A stretch of DNA of 64,000 nt from the NCBI GenBank assembly GCA_029861845.1, contig JAOTYM010000002.1, positions 19,510 through 83,509 of the forward strand, in the 5' to 3' direction. Positions 11,094 through 19,031 of the stretch are shown in pieces. Within the stretch, counting starts at the first letter, position 1, and each line of letters opens with the position of its first letter. The notes beneath the pieces are model-generated. The model had not been told where the DNA came from. It searched no databases and saw only the letters and a list, made by a program, of their open reading frames with translations. The position numbers and the translations under genes were made by a program. Source of the DNA: Gammaproteobacteria bacterium. Lineage in GTDB: Bacteria; Pseudomonadota; Gammaproteobacteria; Acidiferrobacterales; SPGG2.

Positions 11094-11681
11094 ATGCACG
11101 GCGAAAAGAGCGATGAGGAATTGATGCTCGCGTATGGTAATGGCGATCTTCGTGCTTTTGAAATCGTTTATGAGCGGCATCGGGGAGCCCTCTATCGTTA
11201 TCTATTGCGACAATGTGGAAAGGCAGAAGACGCCCAGGAATTGTTTCAGGATGTTTGGACCAACCTGATTCGCACACGCGAACGCTATGAGGTGCGCGCG
11301 AAATTTACGACCTACCTGTTTCGGTTGGCGCACAATCGGGTTATAGATTTCTATCGCAAGAGTGCCAACAACCCGACCTCAACTTCTAACGTGGTTATCC
11401 TAGACGGTGAGGGCGATAGCGATATCGACGAACTGCCAGCGTCGGATCGTGAACAACCACAACAGCAGGCCGAATTTAGACGCCTAGGTGAGCAGCTGTT
11501 AACGGCGATTGATCAACTACCGGCGGTGCAGCGAGAGGCTTTCCTGTTACGTGAAGAGGCAGGCTTTACGATCGAACAGATCGCGGAAGTCACAGGCGTA
11601 AATCGGGAGACGGCCAAGAGTCGTCTGCGCTATGCGGTGGCTAAACTTAAAGTGAGTATAAAGGATGAAGTTGGTAGTTAG
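11094..11681 (+). CDS. ECF-type RNA polymerase sigma-70 family factor
   Basis: 195 aa. Region 2 (DAQELFQDVWTNLIR..YLFRLAHNRVIDFYRK) and region 4 HTH (REAFLLREEAGFTIEQIAEVTGVNRETAKSRLRYAVAKLK). There is no region 3, as in ECF sigmas. Confidence 0.85.
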   Translation: MHGEKSDEELMLAYGNGDLRAFEIVYERHRGALYRYLLRQCGKAEDAQELFQDVWTNLIRTRERYEVRAKFTTYLFRLAHNRVIDFYRKSANNPTSTSNVVILDGEGDSDIDELPASDREQPQQQAEFRRLGEQLLTAIDQLPAVQREAFLLREEAGFTIEQIAEVTGVNRETAKSRLRYAVAKLKVSIKDEVGS

Positions 11682-12521
11682 ATGAGTCCGAAGCAGCCGG
11701 ATAGAGATGCGTTCGAGAGCTATCTGCAGAGTGGGTCTTCGCTCTCGCGGGCCTACAAGGCGACCGCGACAGAGACATCACCTGTCGAGCTGGATACTCG
11801 TATCCTCGAACGAGCGAGGCAGGCGGTGCATCGTCAAGCGCGCGCAGCCCGCAGCCCGTTCGCAAACAACTGGATGATTCCGGCTTCACTGGCAGCCTTG
11901 TTGGTGTTAACGGTGGGTTTAGTAACATTCATGTTCGAATTCGAAAAGACCGATACGCCAGTACTGCCTGAGACTGCGCCGGCGCCTTCGCTGGATTCGA
12001 CGTTAGAAGAGCAGGCGCCCTTGATGCGCGATAAAGCACGGGAAGCTTATGACATGCTGCGTGCTGACCAACCTGTGGATCAAAAAGCCACCTCGAAGGC
12101 TAAGCGTAGTCTTGTGATTGAACCTCCTGCCGCTAGCACCCCTGCTGTCGAGGGTTTGACTAAGACCAGACGGCAATCACAAAAGACGGGGGAGACGAAA
12201 CAAATGGTGCCGGCTGCGCCCGAGGCAGCCTCAGCCCAGACCGCCGATGAGCGTATGCGATCGCCAGCGAGCGGCGGTACTGCTACACGTACCGAGTCGC
12301 AAGAGATGCGCCCTAAGAAAGAGAACAGGTCACTGGAAAGCGAGGGTGCATTACGCGACTTGGATGAGGCTTCGGAGGTCGATGAAATGATGACCCCTGA
12401 GGAGTGGCTGGCAAAGATCGCTACGTTGCGGGCCCAGGGCAAGCAGACGGAGGCCGAAGCAAGTCTGGCGGCATTTAGGAAGCGCTATCCAGATTACCCT
12501 GTCGACAAAATGCGCGAGTAA
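11682..12521 (+). CDS. Putative single-pass membrane anti-sigma factor (non-ZAS)
   Basis: The start codon directly abuts the sigma stop (TAGATG), suggesting translational coupling. It has a ~60-aa cytoplasmic N-terminus, one predicted TM segment (WMIPASLAALLVLTVGLVTFMF), then a ~190-aa low-complexity periplasmic region ending in a helical motif, PEEWLAKIATLRAQGKQTEAEASLAAFRKRYPDYP. The function is inferred from position and topology only; no HxxxCxxC motif is present. Confidence 0.5.
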   Translation: MSPKQPDRDAFESYLQSGSSLSRAYKATATETSPVELDTRILERARQAVHRQARAARSPFANNWMIPASLAALLVLTVGLVTFMFEFEKTDTPVLPETAPAPSLDSTLEEQAPLMRDKAREAYDMLRADQPVDQKATSKAKRSLVIEPPAASTPAVEGLTKTRRQSQKTGETKQMVPAAPEAASAQTADERMRSPASGGTATRTESQEMRPKKENRSLESEGALRDLDEASEVDEMMTPEEWLAKIATLRAQGKQTEAEASLAAFRKRYPDYPVDKMRE

Positions 12522-12643
12522 GTCAGTTCGGCGTGATTTCTGACGCGCGGTGTGTTGGCCCTGTAGTTGTACCGATCCTGTTGTTGTGGGACCGCGCTCG
12601 GGTGCATACTATGTGCTTTCCACTAGGAGTTTAGCTAACGAAG

Positions 12644-13198
12644 ATGAACATACTAGAAACCATACTCAGTTCGCAGAATGGGGCCGCAGTCGCAGAAATA
12701 TCGAAGAGCCTCGGGCTTGGCCAATCAGAGACGCAAACTGCGCTCGGTAAACTGTTACCCGCGGTAGCTCGTGGCCTTAGTAATAACGCATCCAGCCAAG
12801 ATGGATTAGGCGCACTGCTGGGTGCGGTTAGTAAGGGTGGCCATCAGCGCTACATCGATGATCCAGCGAGTATCTCCGACCAGGCCTCGATCGAGGATGG
12901 CAACGGCATACTTGGCCACATCTTTGGCAGCAAGGACGTTAGCCGAAATGTCGCCAGCCGCGCGGCTGAACAAACCGGTATAAGTTCAGCCATCTTAAAG
13001 AAAATGTTGCCAATGGCAGCTACGTTAGCCATGGGCGCACTCGGCAAGAAGGCTTCCGGCCCGGATATACTTGGTGCGGTTCTTGGTGGTGATAGCCCTC
13101 AGCCGTCGCAGCTAAGCGGTCTTTCTGCCTTCCTCGATTTCGACAAGGATGGTTCGATCGCTGACGACATACTTGGGATTGCCAAGAAGCTATTCTAG
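12644..13198 (+). CDS. DUF937-like protein of unknown function
   Basis: 184 aa, Gly/Ala/Ser/Leu-rich. Blocks such as ..LGKLLPAVARGL.., ..GNGILGHIFG.., ..AILKKMLPMAATLAMGAL.. match my recollection of DUF937 family proteins. AGGAG lies 15 nt upstream of the ATG. Confidence 0.6.
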   Translation: MNILETILSSQNGAAVAEISKSLGLGQSETQTALGKLLPAVARGLSNNASSQDGLGALLGAVSKGGHQRYIDDPASISDQASIEDGNGILGHIFGSKDVSRNVASRAAEQTGISSAILKKMLPMAATLAMGALGKKASGPDILGAVLGGDSPQPSQLSGLSAFLDFDKDGSIADDILGIAKKLF

Positions 13199-13291
13199 TT
13201 TTCCACGACGCACCGTTTTGTAGGCTGCGGCGATACCTTTCCAGCGCCGCGGGACTGCTGCTGTCTGCTAAATCGCACAGGAGAAGGTGAT

Positions 13292-13705
13292 ATGAACGTC
13301 CAGCGTTTTGTTCTCGGATCGGTTGCAGTTTTTGTATTTGTTGCTGCCTATGAATGGGTATTTCATGGCATCGTGCTTCACGATACCTATATTAAAACCG
13401 CCTCTCTGTGGCGTAGCGAATCAGATATGGAAAACAACTTCCATTGGCTGATGATTGGACAGTTGTTTATGGCCATTATGTTTTGTTTCATCTTTACTAA
13501 AGGTTACGAAGATAAGGGCCTGGCAGAAGGTCTGCGTTATGGTCTGTTAATTGGTTTATTAGTGTTTGTAGGAAGAGATCTCATTATGTATGCGGTGCAA
13601 CCGCTGCCGGCCAAGCTTGTGATCGCCTGGATCTGTGGCGGCATCGTAGAGCTTGCTATCGCTGGTGTTATCGTCGCCGCAATCTATCGACCCGCGCGCA
13701 GTTGA
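13292..13705 (+). CDS. Hypothetical small integral membrane protein (about 4 TM segments)
   Basis: 137 aa with four hydrophobic stretches. GGAGAAGG lies 6 nt upstream of the ATG. It looks noticeably more AT-rich than its neighbours by eye. I do not recognise the family. Confidence 0.55.
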   Translation: MNVQRFVLGSVAVFVFVAAYEWVFHGIVLHDTYIKTASLWRSESDMENNFHWLMIGQLFMAIMFCFIFTKGYEDKGLAEGLRYGLLIGLLVFVGRDLIMYAVQPLPAKLVIAWICGGIVELAIAGVIVAAIYRPARS

Positions 13706-13719
13706 GTGGCGACAAATGT

Positions 13720-14424
13720 TCAGCCGAGTGTGATGGGTAGCTTCATCCATGCACGGCCGGGCGTGCGCTCAATTCTCGCGTACGGAGTGTCTGGTCGCCA
13801 GCTGTAAGTCAAATAACAGTGGTCTCTCGGGTTAGACAAGGCATCGGCATTAAGAACGTCGCCATTGATGCCGTCAAACCTCGCCGATTTCACGAGCAGC
13901 CCATTGGCATGTCGCTCATAGAGGTAGGCACCGACCTGATTGGAAAACTCGTAGCTACTGGGGTTGATTAACTGTGGAAACGTTAGGTGCTTGTCCCGGA
14001 GATCCACGAGTAGCCCACGACAATGCGCGCGAAATACACGGCGTTCGCTGATTATAGTGTCCTTGCAGTCCGGAAAGCTATCAAGGACAAAACGCGTCCA
14101 ATGGTATACGGTCTCAAACACCGTCGTCTTTACTTGTTGGGATCCATACCAGACCCCGAACGTGGTGCCATCGCTAAAACGAGTCTCATGCCAATTCTCG
14201 GATTGAAAGGGGTGAGTGAGGGCGGTGCCGTAGTCGAAAGGACGAGTAAGAAGGGGTGATGGGCTATGCGGCTTGGTGGTCATTGTGGCTGCCATCGCAA
14301 CTGCCCTATGGCTAGCACGGTCCGCCAAATCATCGAACAGGTCTTGCGAAACGCGCATGCCCTTTATGTTACGAAACAAATCCGCGTCAAAATCGATGAG
14401 TTGGGTGAAAAGACCTTCGAACAC
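13720..14424 (-). CDS. RES domain toxin (type II TA; NAD+-targeting family)
   Basis: 234 aa. The R..E..S signature is placed as in RES proteins (TRFSDGTTFGVWYGSQQVKTTVFET ... GLLVKSARFDG). The GTG start overlaps the stop of the upstream DUF2384 gene (TAGTG). Confidence 0.8.
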   Translation of the reverse strand: MFEGLFTQLIDFDADLFRNIKGMRVSQDLFDDLADRASHRAVAMAATMTTKPHSPSPLLTRPFDYGTALTHPFQSENWHETRFSDGTTFGVWYGSQQVKTTVFETVYHWTRFVLDSFPDCKDTIISERRVFRAHCRGLLVDLRDKHLTFPQLINPSSYEFSNQVGAYLYERHANGLLVKSARFDGINGDVLNADALSNPRDHCYLTYSWRPDTPYARIERTPGRAWMKLPITLG

Positions 14425-14840
14425 TAGCGCCCGCGCTCGAAGTCGAGATACCGCCGTACCATCACGACCCCGAGAAAGCCCTCGCTGAGCATAACTTCAA
14501 GTGGTGTCTTACCGTTGAACCGCCGATTTGGCGTTTTGACCCAGCTATAGGCCAGCTGTCGGTTCTGCGGGAAGATTAAGCGCAGCGCAAGATGTATACC
14601 CAACAAGTAACCCACTCTGTCCAACAAGTCTTGGTGTGGCGGCAGCGGCGCGCCCTTGCGATATCGGTTCACGGTCGAGCGGGTTCCAGAAGACAGGCCG
14701 AGCAGGGCAGCCTGCTCACGACTGTCCAAATCCCATAGGTCGAACAGCCTCGTAATCATTTTCGCGAGTGCGGTGCGCCCGGGTTTGGTGGTCGGGTCCG
14801 GTAACGGCTGCGCGTCGGCGGGAATGGTTGATTTGGCCAT
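14424..14840 (-). CDS. Xre/MbcA/ParS-type antitoxin (DUF2384 C-terminal toxin-binding domain)
   Basis: The C-terminus FNGKTPLEVMLSEGFLGVVMVRRYLDFERG is the typical DUF2384 motif. There is an N-terminal HTH-like region. The track ORF starts at GTG 14852, but I favour the ATG at 14840 (MAKSTIPAD..) because palindromic box A overlaps 14852. Confidence 0.8.
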   Translation of the reverse strand: MAKSTIPADAQPLPDPTTKPGRTALAKMITRLFDLWDLDSREQAALLGLSSGTRSTVNRYRKGAPLPPHQDLLDRVGYLLGIHLALRLIFPQNRQLAYSWVKTPNRRFNGKTPLEVMLSEGFLGVVMVRRYLDFERGR

Positions 14841-14851
14841 GCACTCAGGCA

Positions 14852-14888
14852 CGTACTAATTAATACATAGATCGTACTATAGTATACA
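14852..14888 (-). promoter_or_regulatory. Two tandem AT-rich dyad-symmetric boxes, putative TA operator/promoter
   Basis: Plus-strand CGTACTAATTAATACA (14852-14867) and CGTACTATAGTATACA (14873-14888). They match at 12 of 16 positions and start 21 bp apart. Box A is the near-palindrome GTACTAA/TTAATAC; box B contains the perfect 10-bp palindrome TACTATAGTA. Both lie directly upstream of the antitoxin start and contain -10-like TATAGT/TATACT hexamers on the minus strand. Confidence 0.4.
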
Positions 14889-14940
14889 CACCTAGGCAAA
14901 CCGCGTGTGCCGAGTTTAAAACTCTGGGCATTATCAGGGT

Positions 14941-14971
14941 GAAAGAATCGCTTGCCCTGGGCCCGCAAGCG
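14941..14971 (-). terminator. Putative intrinsic terminator downstream of the vWA gene
   Basis: On the minus strand: CGCTTGC - 9-nt loop - GCAAGCG (7-bp stem, plus-strand coordinates 14949-14955 / 14965-14971) followed by ATTCTTTC. The T-tract is modest. Confidence 0.45.
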
Positions 14972-14989
14972 CTTCACGTCAGATCCGTT

Positions 14990-16771
14990 TTAGCGCCGCG
15001 CTTGCTTGTTTGCCGTCGCCAGCGTCTGGGCAAGGTTTGCGAGTTGGATAAATTCGCCACGATAACCGAAGCGGTCGCGGCCGCGTGCGTCCCGCGCCAG
15101 TTCGACGACATCGGCATAGGTCATATCGCCGGTGTATATCCCGCCCCGCAGTAGCTGGCCGAAAGCGGCGACTGCGGCCGAGAAGCGGAAATTATCAGAG
15201 GTAGCAGCAATAGTTGTCGTCACATCGCCTTTCATAAGCGGCCATTCGGTTAGGGTGCTCTTTGCGCCACCCGGTAGCTTATAGCGCATGCGCACAAATG
15301 CGAGTTCGTCACTGTGTTTATGCGTGCCCTTGGTTTGCGGAGAATATCGAGCGGGCTCCAGATAGAGGGCATCGCTACCCCGCAGGACGATTTCATACAG
15401 CGCGGTAACCGTATGGCCGGCGCCGATCTCGCCAGCATCGACCTTATCGTTGTTAAAATCTTCACGCTTGAGGATGCGGTTCTCGTAGCCGATCAGCCGG
15501 TACTCGGCCACGACATTGGGGTTGAATTCGATTTGGATCTTTACGTCCTTGGCGATCGTATGCATGGTTGATGAAATCTCGTCGACGAGTACTTTCTGCG
15601 CCTCTTTGAGATTGTCGATGTACCCGTAATTGCCGTTGCCAGCGTCAGCCAGCTGCTCCATGAGCTGGTCATTGTAGTTGCCGGTACCGAACCCAAGCGT
15701 CGTTAGCGATATGCCGGTCTCTCGTTTTTGTTCGATCAAATCTTTCAGGGCCTCGAAATTGACGGTGCCGACATTGAAATCACCATCGGTTGCCAAAATG
15801 ACGCGATTGATGCCGTTGCGAATGTACGCCTGCTCGGCCATTGCATAAGCCAGCCGAATACCGGCGGCGCCGTTGGTCGATCCACCGGCTGTAAGCGTAT
15901 CCAGCGCAGACATGATCTTGGCGGTGGCGTTGCCAGTTACAGGTTCGAGTACAACACCGGAAGCACCGGCATAGACAACAATCGAGATTCTATCTTCGCT
16001 TCGTAGTTGCCGACTTAGGAGCTTGAGGGATGTCTTCAGTAGTTCAAGCTTGTTAGGGGCGCGCATGGACCCGGAGACATCGACGAGAAAAACAAGATTG
16101 GCGGGCGGCAGGTCCGTATTCGAAACGTCATAGCCCTTAATACCGATGTGTAACAGGTGGCGCTTGGAGTTCCACGGCGCGGGCGCGATCTCGGTGGTGA
16201 CGTGGAACGGACGACTCTTGTCTTTTGCTTGCGAGTATTTATAGGAGAAATAATTAATTAACTCTTCGACCCGCACCGCGTCTTCGAGCGGCAAACGACC
16301 CGCCTGTAGGAATCGGCGTACGTTAGCATAAGCGCCGGTGTCTACATCGATGCTGAAAGTTGAAACTGGGTGCTCGGCAACGCGCTTAACTGGGTTGTCA
16401 TCGAAATGTTTGTACGTCTCGCGGTCGATGGGTTCGCTCGGATACCGTATTGAGGGCAAGTCACGCGTGCGCATTGTTTCTTCTGACGTGGCTATGCCAA
16501 CGAGGCTATCCAAGCGTTTTTCGCCCATTCGCTTAGCGACAGGTGCTGGGCTATCTACAATAGTGACCTGTTCTTGACGAGTGGTCGACTGACCTGATTC
16601 ACGCAATACCAGTTTTGGCTCGGGTGCGCTTGTTTGCTGCTGGCGTGATGTCCGTGTCTCATCGTCGAGCTCGGTGTGTTTGTCTGGTGATAGATTTACC
16701 GAACAGCCGATCGGTAACAGGGCGGCCAAGGCCACGACAACGATGGAACGCTTCAGTTGCTGTGTATTCAT
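14990..16771 (-). CDS. YfbK-like von Willebrand factor type A (vWA) domain lipoprotein
   Basis: The ATG at 16771 has GGAGA 7 nt upstream and gives MNTQQLKRSIVVVALAALLPIGC, a signal peptide with a lipobox. The vWA MIDAS motif is DVSGSM...T.GGSTNG...ATDGDFN. The C-terminal region resembles the DUF3520-type domain of YfbK-like proteins (from memory). The track ORF start at 16804 is probably too long. Confidence 0.8.
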   Translation of the reverse strand: MNTQQLKRSIVVVALAALLPIGCSVNLSPDKHTELDDETRTSRQQQTSAPEPKLVLRESGQSTTRQEQVTIVDSPAPVAKRMGEKRLDSLVGIATSEETMRTRDLPSIRYPSEPIDRETYKHFDDNPVKRVAEHPVSTFSIDVDTGAYANVRRFLQAGRLPLEDAVRVEELINYFSYKYSQAKDKSRPFHVTTEIAPAPWNSKRHLLHIGIKGYDVSNTDLPPANLVFLVDVSGSMRAPNKLELLKTSLKLLSRQLRSEDRISIVVYAGASGVVLEPVTGNATAKIMSALDTLTAGGSTNGAAGIRLAYAMAEQAYIRNGINRVILATDGDFNVGTVNFEALKDLIEQKRETGISLTTLGFGTGNYNDQLMEQLADAGNGNYGYIDNLKEAQKVLVDEISSTMHTIAKDVKIQIEFNPNVVAEYRLIGYENRILKREDFNNDKVDAGEIGAGHTVTALYEIVLRGSDALYLEPARYSPQTKGTHKHSDELAFVRMRYKLPGGAKSTLTEWPLMKGDVTTTIAATSDNFRFSAAVAAFGQLLRGGIYTGDMTYADVVELARDARGRDRFGYRGEFIQLANLAQTLATANKQARR

Positions 16772-16887
16772 GTGTTTTCTCCACGTTAACAAGAGTGTAC
16801 CCACGGCGGCCGATGTAGCAGTCGTGGAGTATTAACGTAGAAGAAAGGTTAGGGGGTTAAGACGCAGCCTAGCCAGTAGCGGGCAAA

Positions 16888-17220
16888 CTAGACCACCAGG
16901 GCGTCGATTTTCGCAGCACAGATAAAGTCGTTCTCCGACAGACCGCCAATTGAATGGGTGCTGTAACGCACGTGACAGCGCTTGTACCCCACTTCGATAT
17001 CGGGGTGATGGTCTTCTCGGTGTGCGATCCAGGCCAGGGCGTTGACGAAGGCCATTGTCTGGTAATAATTGCTAAATTCGTAGGCACGATGAATTTCGGT
17101 ACCACCTTCGTTCAGTGACCACTCCGGTGTCTGCTGAAGCAAGGCCTTCGCCTCCGTCTCTGTCAACGGCGCAGTGCCCCCCTCGCAAGGCTTACATTGC
17201 TTCTTTGTCAATTCGATCAT
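16888..17220 (-). CDS. phhB: 4a-hydroxytetrahydrobiopterin (pterin-4-alpha-carbinolamine) dehydratase
   Basis: 110 aa. Family signature ...AHREDHHPDIEVGYKRCHVRYSTHSIGGLSENDFICAAKID. Confidence 0.9.
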   Translation of the reverse strand: MIELTKKQCKPCEGGTAPLTETEAKALLQQTPEWSLNEGGTEIHRAYEFSNYYQTMAFVNALAWIAHREDHHPDIEVGYKRCHVRYSTHSIGGLSENDFICAAKIDALVV

Positions 17221-17294
17221 GATAGTGCCCTCTTACGGTGATATCATCGTTGAACCGAGGCCCGTGGAATAGAGATTAGAACTGGAGATCGCTC

Positions 17295-17858
17295 ATGGCG
17301 CAAGCACCTTCGGGAACGCAGGACCCGCATGCCCTGATCTGGATCGATTTGGAAATGTCCGGTTTAGATACAGAAACCGATCGTATTCTAGAAGTCGCGA
17401 CGATTATTACAGACAGTGCGCTGAATCTACTGGCCGAGGGTCCTGTGTTGGCTGTGCATCAGCCGGCCTCGGTACTCGACGGTATGGACGAGTGGAACAC
17501 ACGCACACATTCGGAGACTGGTCTCATCGAACGGGTGAGAACGTCGGTGTTGGGGGAAATCGATGTCGAACAACAGACGCTGGAGTTTATCCAGCGTTAT
17601 GTACCTAAAAACAGGTCGCCGATGTGTGGAAATAGCGTCTGTCAGGATCGGCGTTTTCTAGCGCGTTGTATGCCGGAGCTGGAGGCCTGGTTTCACTACC
17701 GCAATCTTGACGTGAGTACACTCAAGGAGTTGGCACGCCGGTGGAAGCCCGACGTTTATAATGGGTTGGTCAAGAAGAACACACACAAAGCGCTCGATGA
17801 TGTGCGTGAGTCTATCGAAGAACTAAAGCACTACCGCACACAATTGCTACGACTGTAA
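17295..17858 (+). CDS. orn: Oligoribonuclease
   Basis: 187 aa. DEDDh exonuclease motifs ([32 protein letters not shown]). Confidence 0.95.
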   Translation: MAQAPSGTQDPHALIWIDLEMSGLDTETDRILEVATIITDSALNLLAEGPVLAVHQPASVLDGMDEWNTRTHSETGLIERVRTSVLGEIDVEQQTLEFIQRYVPKNRSPMCGNSVCQDRRFLARCMPELEAWFHYRNLDVSTLKELARRWKPDVYNGLVKKNTHKALDDVRESIEELKHYRTQLLRL

Positions 17859-18932
17859 CTACTCTTGGGTAGGCGCTGGCTGGTCGCTGATATGCCTGCC
17901 TAAGGCCCAGCGTACATGTTCTCGTACCAATGCCGAAGAATGATCCTGTCGGGTTTGTAGCGCCGCGATAACAACATCGCTGGTGGGTGCATTGCCCAAT
18001 GCCACCGCGATATTTCGTAACCAGCATACATAGCCGATTCGGCGAATTGCTGAGCCTTCAGTTCGAGTCAAGAATTGAGCCTCGCTCCATGCGAATAGGT
18101 CGACAAGTTGTGCTGCGTCGAGGCCGTGACGAACGTCAAAATCGGGCTCAGTCGTAGTCTTTGCAAACCGGTTCCAGGGACATACCAACTGACAATCGTC
18201 GCATCCGAAAATACGGTTTCCGATAAGCGGCCGCAACTCGATCGGTATTGGCCCGCGCATCTCGATTGTCAGATAAGAGATGCAAAGTCGTGCGTCGAGC
18301 TCGTATGGGCCAATGATGGCGCCGGTAGGACAGATATCGATACAGGCTTGGCAGCGGCCGCAGTGATTTTCGACCGGTGCATCGATTGGCAACGGTAGAT
18401 CAGTGTAGATTTCACCGAGGAAAAACCAGGACCCGGCCTCGCGATGCAGTAGGTTCGTGTGCTTGCCAATCCACCCTAGGCCGGCCTTCTCGGCCAGAGG
18501 CTTCTCCAACACCGGCGCACTGTCGGTGAAGACGCGATAGTGATGTTTGCCGATCGCCCCTTCGATTCTGTCTGCGAGGCGCTTAAGTCGATTACGCATG
18601 ACCTTGTGATAGTCGCGCCCCAGCGCATAGCGTGAAATAAAACCAAGAGTGGGGTCTGCCAGGGCCGTGTCAGCATCTGTGACTCCCGCCGGCATGTAAT
18701 CCATGCGGGCGCAGATTACGCGAACCGTTCCCGGAAACAGATCGGCCGGGCGACTACGACGAGTCTGGTGGGCGGTCATGTAGCGCATTTCCCCGTGACG
18801 ACCAGCATCTAGCCAATTCAATAGTCGGACCTCGGCCGCACTTAAATCAATATCGGAGATTCCGATCTGCTGAAACCCAAGGTTGCGCCCCCAGGCCCGT
18901 ATATCGTTGCTTAGCCGTGTGAAGTCTGTCAT
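17859..18932 (-). CDS. queG: Epoxyqueuosine reductase
   Basis: 357 aa. 4Fe-4S ferredoxin motifs (CGRCQACIDICPTGA, CDDCQLVCPWN) and a HEAT-like C-terminus. The orn/queG/nnr-tsaE-amiB context matches E. coli. Confidence 0.9.
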   Translation of the reverse strand: MTDFTRLSNDIRAWGRNLGFQQIGISDIDLSAAEVRLLNWLDAGRHGEMRYMTAHQTRRSRPADLFPGTVRVICARMDYMPAGVTDADTALADPTLGFISRYALGRDYHKVMRNRLKRLADRIEGAIGKHHYRVFTDSAPVLEKPLAEKAGLGWIGKHTNLLHREAGSWFFLGEIYTDLPLPIDAPVENHCGRCQACIDICPTGAIIGPYELDARLCISYLTIEMRGPIPIELRPLIGNRIFGCDDCQLVCPWNRFAKTTTEPDFDVRHGLDAAQLVDLFAWSEAQFLTRTEGSAIRRIGYVCWLRNIAVALGNAPTSDVVIAALQTRQDHSSALVREHVRWALGRHISDQPAPTQE

Positions 18933-19031
18933 CTGTCTGGTTTACGACCGTAGCAATTGTTGATGAAGTCTTGCACCATGGGCAACTTCTTCTAGGTTGG
19001 CTTCGTTGTCCTGGTTAAAATACATTACAGG

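Noticed and set aside
10795-11277. A 160-aa minus-strand ORF spanning the sigma-factor start region.
   Set aside because: It overlaps the well-supported ECF sigma CDS in antisense, and the translation has no recognisable features.
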